Assembly: GCA_964016885.1 (NCBI GenBank)
Contig: OZ024745.1
Span: 23,560,001-23,624,000, forward strand
Length of the DNA stretch: 64,000 bases
Direction of reading: 5' to 3'
Source: Eledone cirrhosa
Taxonomy: Eukaryota
Shown here one piece after another: positions 56,289 through 64,000 of the stretch. How positions within the stretch are numbered: position 1 is the stretch's first letter; every line of letters starts with the position of its first letter. A program made the position numbers and the translations under genes. The notes under the pieces are model-generated. The model ran no database searches, was not told the origin of the DNA, and was given only the letters and a program-made list of their open reading frames with translations.

Positions 56289-56990
56289 CAAGTGGAAGCT
56301 TAGTAAAATCGAAGCTTTGGCTGTGGACAAGCAAAGTTGACCTACAATAAGGAATGAGTCGCAAAGCACTCAATAAGGGTAGGTCCTCAGAGCAATAACA
56401 TTACCTTTAAAAGCTTGACAAATTGAAAATTGCGGTAGGCGAAACCCAACCATACAATACCAAAAAGAACGAAAGAACTAATCAGGTAAAACAACAGCAA
56501 GTTTTTATCTGTCTGTCTGGTGGTTGTACGAAAGGAAGTTGTTTTGTGGACGAGGCTGAACTGAAGATAGGTACATTTCTCTTCAGTCAAACCCTTATCG
56601 ACTTTTTCAAGTTCCACTTAGAAAGGATGATCAGGGTAGAAAGCGAAATGCTGCCCACTCCCTAATACAGTTGTTAAAAACTGTGTGAATGGAGTGAAGA
56701 TAGACCGTGTGGATGGGGCTACTCTTGTCATACACCTGTAAGCTGGGGTCTAGAGAGGAGAAGGAGACCTTTCAATAATGCTCTTTAAGTTTAGGGAGGT
56801 TTAGGATATGTGGCGTTCCTAAGTTATCCCTGGATGTTACTCCCACCTATTGGGGATTTTATTGTTATTAATTTATTGTTGTTACCCGTTATCTACTTTT
56901 ATACGTTTTATGTAAAACCCTATTGTCCATGTTTTTGTAGTGTCATTTATGTTTCGACCGTAGGGGCCAATAAAGAAATAATACTTATTG
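56288..56990 (+). mobile_element. Degenerate L1/Tx1-like LINE 3' end
   Basis: VFICL...EVVLWTRL...TFLFSQTLIDFFKFHLERMIRVE resembles Tx1 ORF2 C-termini; T-rich 3' UTR ending in aataaa. Confidence 0.55.
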
Positions 56991-57004
56991 TTATATTTGG
57001 GTAT

Positions 57005-57337
57005 GTTGCCAGTATTACAATAAAAAGAAATACAGGAACTACATGATTTTCACTTTATTACTCGTCATTCATTCGTTCGTCAAAATCCTTTCGTCATATA
57101 TTCTGTGACCTCCTCAATGATTATCTGTTCTCTTTTGTGCCTCCTATTGTTTCTTGTCTTAAACTTCTACAACATCTACCAGAGAGAAAAAAGAGGCACA
57201 AAAGAGACCAGATAGTCGTTGCGGAGGTCATAGAATGTGTGACCAAAGAAGTTTGAAGAACGAATGACGAGCAATGAAGATAAAGTGAAAATCATATGGT
57301 GTGAGTGTGTTTCGTTTTATTGGCAATACTGGCATAC
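57005..57337. repeat. Diverged inverted repeat with hammerhead remnant
   Basis: 57005-57143 inverted to 57193-57337; left arm minus strand tca TTGAGGA ggtca..tgac GAAA. Confidence 0.7.
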
Positions 57338-57409
57338 TGACAACATGACCCATCCCCAAATATTACAATATCGGTTTCAACACACGATTTCACATCAAGA
57401 ATACATACG

Positions 57410-57680
57410 TAAATATTATTGGTGGATTAGCTGTAGTTCAAATCTCACCAAGCTTTACCTTTCATCATTATGGGCTCAATAAAATAAACTACCAGTAACG
57501 TACTGAGCTGAATGTAATCAACCCCCTCCCAAATTGCTGGCCTTGTGCCTATAGTAGAAATCATTATTAATCCCGCGGAGGTTAACTTTGCCTTTCATCC
57601 TTACGTGGTCGATAAAATAAAGTACCAGTAATGTACTGAGTATTTGCTGGCCTTGTGCCTAAAGTAGAAACAATTATTAT
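57410..57680 (+). mobile_element. Two tandem SINE family A copies
   Basis: Family core twice. Confidence 0.75.
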
Positions 57681-58019
57681 TTCGAAAATAAGTAGCAATG
57701 TTAGTCTTATTCGTTGTGCCAGTTTATATATCATTTTAAAAGTAGTTATTCGATATATTATCACAAAACACATCACGAACCACAAAGCTTCAAAACATTT
57801 ACGTGACAAGAACACCAACAAAACAACACCAACAACAACACCAACAAATCAACAACAACAACAACAACACCAACAAAACAACAACAACAACAACACCAAC
57901 ACCAACAAAACAACAACAACAACAACAGCTACAAATAGAATGGTAAAAAATATTCAAGATATACTGCAAATAAAAAGGTGTTTGGAGGTGAAGAATGATG
58001 GTTGGTATGTTCTAGGTAA

Positions 58020-59983
58020 ATACTACCATTAACACTACCTCCAACACTACCACTATCACTACCACTATCACTACCACCAACACTACCACTACCACTACCA
58101 CTATCACTACCACCAACACTACCAGTATCACTACCACTATCACTACCACCAACACTACCACTAACACTATCACTACCACTATCACTACCACCAACACTAC
58201 CACTATCACTACCACTATCACTACCACCAACACTACCACTATCTCTACCACTATCACTACCACCAACACTACCACTACCACTACCACTATCACTACCACC
58301 AACACTACCAGTATCACTACCACTATCACTACCACCAACACTACCACTAACACTATCACTACCACTATCACTACCACCAACACTACCACTATCACTACCA
58401 CTATCACTACCACCAACACTACCACTAACACTATCACTACCACTATTACTAACACTAACACTACCACTACCACCAACACGACCACTACCATCAACACTAC
58501 CACTATCACTACCACTATCACTACCACCAACACTACCACTAACACTATCACTACCACTATTACTAACACTAACACTACCACTACCACCAACACGACCACT
58601 ACCAATAACACAACCACTAACACTAACATTACCACTACCACCAACACTACCATTAACACTACCACCAAAACTACCACTATCACTACCACTATCACTACCA
58701 CTATCACTACCAATATCACTACCACCAACACTACCACTACCACTACCACTAACACTAACACTAACACTACTAACACTACCACCAATACTACCACTATAAC
58801 AACCACCAAAACTACCACCAACACTACCACCAACATTACCACTAACACTACCACCAATACTACCACTATCACAACCACCAGCACTACCACCAACACTACC
58901 ACCAACACTACCACTATCAGTACCACCAACAATACCACCAATACTACCATTAACACTACCATCGACACTACCACTAACGCTACCACCAACACTGCCACTA
59001 TCACTACCACCAAAACTACCACCAACACTACCACTAACACTACCACTAAGGCTACCACCAACACTGCCACTATCACTACCACCAATACTACCACCAACAC
59101 TACCACCGACATTACCACTAAAGCTACCACCAACACTGCCACTATCACTAGCACCAATACTACCACCAACACTACCACTAACACTACCACTAACGCTACC
59201 ACCAACACTGCCACTATCACTAACACCAATACTACCACCAACACTACCATTAACACTACCACCAATACTACCACCAACACTACCATTAACACTACCACTA
59301 ACACAACTACCCACACTACCACTAACTAACGCTACCACCAACACTGCCACTATCACTACCACCAACACTACCACCAACACTACCATTAACACTACCACCA
59401 ATACTACCACCAACACTACCATTAACACTACCACTAACACAACTACCCACACTACCACTAACTAACGCTACCACCAACACTGCCACTATCACTACCACCA
59501 ACACTACCACCAACACTACCACAAATACTACTACCAACACTACCACCAACAATACCACCAATATACCACCAACACTACCACCAATACTACCACCAACACT
59601 ACCACCAACACTACCACTAACACTACCACTAACGCTACCACCAACACTGCCACTATCACTACCACCAACACTACCACCAACACTACCACCAACACTACCA
59701 CCAATACTACTACCAACACTACCACCAACAATACCACCAATATACCACCAACACTACCACCAATACTACCACCAACACTACCACCAACACTACCACTAAC
59801 ACTACCACTAACGCTACCACCAACACTGCCACTATCACTAACACCAATACTACCACCAACACAACCACTAACACTACCACCAATACTACCACCAACACTA
59901 CCACCAACACTACCACCAACACTATCACCAACACTACCACCAACACAACCACTAACACTTCCACCAATACTACCACCAACACC

Positions 59984-59985
<2 letters not shown>
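58020..59985. repeat. (ACT/ACC/AAC)n-based minisatellite
   Basis: 12- to 36-bp units with block duplications. Confidence 0.92.
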
Positions 59986-60014
<29 letters not shown>

Positions 60015-61027
60015 CCACCACCAACAACACCACCACCACCACCACCACCACCACCACCACCACCACCACCAACAACACCACCACCACCACCACCACCACC
60101 ACCAACACCACCACCACCAACACCACCACCACCACCACCACCACCACCACCACCACTACCACCACCACCACCACCACCACCACCACCACCACCACCACCA
60201 CCACCACCAACAACAACACCAACACCACCACCAACACCAACACCACCACCACCACCACCACCACCACCACCACCACCACCACTACCACCACCACCACAAC
60301 CACCACCACCAACAACACCACCACCACCACCACCACCAGCAGCAGTAGCACCACCAACACCACCACCACTACCACCACCACCACCATCACCACCACCACC
60401 ACCAACAACACCATCACCATCACCACCACCACCACCACCACTACCACTACCACCATCACCAACACCACCACTACCACCACCACTACCACCACCACCACCA
60501 CCACCACCACCAGCAACATAGACCACCACCACCACCACCACCACCACCACCACCACCACCACCACCACTACCACCACACCACCACACCACCCCACCACCA
60601 CCACCACCGCCACCACCACCACCACCACACCACCACCACCACCACCACCACCACCACCACCACCACCACCACCACCAACACCACCACCACCACCACACCA
60701 CCACACCACCACACCACCACCACCACCACCACCACCACACCACCACACCACCACCACCACCACCACCACCACCACCACCAACACCACCACCACCACCGCA
60801 CCACCACACCACCCCACCACCACCACCACCGCCACCACCACCACCACCACACCACCCCACCACCACCACCACCACCACCACCACCACCAACACCACCACC
60901 ACCAACACCACCACACCACCCCACCACCACCACCACCACCACCACCACCAACACCACCACCACCAACACCACCACCACCACCACCACCACCACCACCACC
61001 ACCACCACCACCACCAACAACAACACC

Positions 61028-61058
<31 letters not shown>

Positions 61059-62959
61059 CCACCACCAACAACACCACCACCACCACCACCACCACCACCA
61101 CCACCACCACCAACAACAACACCACCACCACCACCACCACCACCACCACCAACACCACCACCACCAACACCACCACCACCACCACCACCACCACCACCAC
61201 CACTACCACCACCACCACCACCACCACCACCACCACCACCACCACCACCACCAACAACAACACCAACACCACCACCAACACAAACACCACCACCACCACC
61301 ACCACCACCACCACCACCACCACCACCACTACCACCACCACCACCACCACCACCACCACCAACACCACCACCACCACCACCACCAGCAGCAGTAGCACCA
61401 CCAACACCACCACCACTACCACCACCACCACCATCACCACCACCACCACCAACAACACCATCACCATCACCACCACCACCACCACCACTACCACTACCAC
61501 CATCACCAACACCACCACTACCACCACCACTACCACCACCACCACCACCACCACCACCAGCAACATAGACCACCACCACCACCACCACCACCACCACCAC
61601 CACCACCACCACTACCACCACCACCACCACCACCACCATCACCACCACCACCACCAACAACACCACCACCACCACCACCACCACCACCACCACCACCACC
61701 ACCACCATCACCACTACCACCACCACCACCACCACCACCACCATCACCACCACCACCACCACCACCACCACCACCACCACCACCACCACCACCACACCAT
61801 CACCACCACCACCACCACCACCAACACCACCACACCACCACCACCACCACCACCATCACCACCACCACCACCAACAACACCACCACCACCACCACCACCA
61901 CCACCACCACCACCACCACCACCACCATCACCACTACCACCACCACCACCACCACCACCACCATCACCACCACCACCACCACCACCACCACCACCACCAC
62001 CACCACCACCACCACCACCACACCATCACCACCACCACCACCACCACCAACACCACCACACCACCACCACCACCACCACCACACCACCACCACCACCACC
62101 ACCATCACCACCACCACCACCACCACCACCACCACTACACCACCACCATAACCACCACCACCACCACCACCAACACCACCACCACCAACACCACCACCAC
62201 CACCACCACCACCACCACCACCACCACCACCACCAACAACACCACCACCACCACCACCACCACCACCACCAACAACAACACCACACCACCACCACCACCA
62301 CACCACCACCACCAACACCACCACCACCACCACACCACCACACCACCCCACCACCACCACCACCGCCACCACCACCACCACCACACCACCACACCACCAC
62401 CACCACCACCACCACCAACACCACCACCACCACCACCACCACCACCAACACCGCCACCACCACCACCACCACCACCACCACCAACACCACCACCACCACC
62501 ACACCACCACACCACCCCACCACCACCACCACCGCCACCACCACCACCACCACACCACCACCACCACCACCACCACCACCACCACCACCACCACCACCAC
62601 CAACACCACCACCACCACCACACCACCACACCACCACACCACCACCACCACCACCACCACCACCACCACCACACCACCACCACCACCACCACCACCACCA
62701 CCACCAACACCACCACCACCACCACCAACACCACCACCACCACCGCACCACCACACCACCCCACCACCACCACCACCGCCACCACCACCACCACCACACC
62801 ACCCCACCACCACCACCACCACCACCACCACCAACACCACCACCACCAACACCACCACACCACCCCACCACCACCACCACCACCACCACCACCAACACCA
62901 CCACCACCACCACCACCACCACCACCACCACCACCACCACCACCACCAACAACAACACC

Positions 62960-62990
<31 letters not shown>

Positions 62991-63520
62991 CCACCACCAA
63001 CAACACCACCACCACCACCACCACCACCACCACCACCACCACCAACAACAACACCACCACCACCACCACCACCACCACCAACACCACCACCACCAACACC
63101 ACCACCACCACCACCACCACCACCACCACCACTACCACCACCACCACCACCACCACCACCACCACCACCACCACCACCAACAACAACACCAACACCACCA
63201 CCAACACCAACACCACCACCACCACCACCACCACCACCACCACCACCACCACTACCACCACCACCACCACCACCACCACCAACAACACCACCACCAACAC
63301 CACCACCAACACCAACACCACCACCACCACCACCACCACCACCACCACCACCACCACCACCACCACCACCATCACCACCACCACCACCACCACCACCACC
63401 ACCACCACCATCACCACCATCACCACCACCACCACCACCACCACCACCACCACCACCAACACCACCACCACCACCACCACCACCACCACCACCACCACCA
63501 CCACCACCACCACCACCACT
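59985..63520. repeat. 3.5-kb (CAC)n tract with a duplication of about 1047 bp
   Basis: Marker cagcaacatagac at 60511 and 61558. Confidence 0.93.
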
Positions 63521-63649
63521 ATAGTGACTCTCTCATCTATTACAGGAATCAGACTGCCAGAAAAAATTAAGTTCAGTTCTGCCTCAACAAACACTGAAGT
63601 TGGTTCTACCGTTGGCTCCTTCCTCACTATTTCCCAGTATAGACTCATA

Positions 63650-63914
63650 TACACCCCCCCCCACACACACATACACACAGACACACACAGACACACATAC
63701 ACACAGACACACACAGACACACACTCAGACACACACAGACACACACACAGACACACACAGAGACACACAGACATACACAGACACACAGACACACACAGAC
63801 ACACACTCAGACACACACAGACACACACTCAGACACACACAGACACACACACAGACACACACAGAGACACACAGACATACACAGACACACAGAGACACAC
63901 AGAGACACACACAG

Positions 63915-63945
<31 letters not shown>

Positions 63946-63985
63946 CATATATATATACATATACATGTACTTATATATATGTGTA
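63650..63985. repeat. (CA)n/(CAGA)n/(TA)n microsatellite
   Basis: Direct reading. Confidence 0.93.
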
Positions 63986-64000
63986 TTAACTGGACACTTA

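Noticed and set aside
57929-63828. Gly/Ser-rich, Val-rich or Thr-rich structural protein ORFs
   Set aside because: (ACC)n-derived, with frequent non-triplet slips that switch frame; no unique domain or splice support

Overview
Repeat-dominated, AT-rich animal DNA. The SINE, RTE and Tx1 repeat types and the microsatellite load suggest an octopod cephalopod, which is an inference. No host gene can be called with confidence, and most ORFs in the track are microsatellite artefacts. Contents: (1) a 9.7-kb array of a 42-bp unit, open on both strands in codon register; (2) a 4-kb 41-bp satellite grown inside a hAT MITE that itself interrupts a SINE; (3) many tRNA-derived SINEs and mariner/hAT MITEs, plus RTE, CRE and Tx1/L1 relics; (4) three Penelope-like (PLE, GIY-YIG) relics; (5) a recurring class of short, non-coding fold-back elements sitting in (TA)n tracts. 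The fold-back elements carry type I hammerhead ribozyme motifs, some with non-canonical cores. Their short inverted arm ends at a TA microhomology just upstream of a shared CCACT motif. This ribozyme/fold-back/(TA)n system and the dual-ORF array are the best candidates for follow-up. Coordinates were read by eye and may be off by a few bases.
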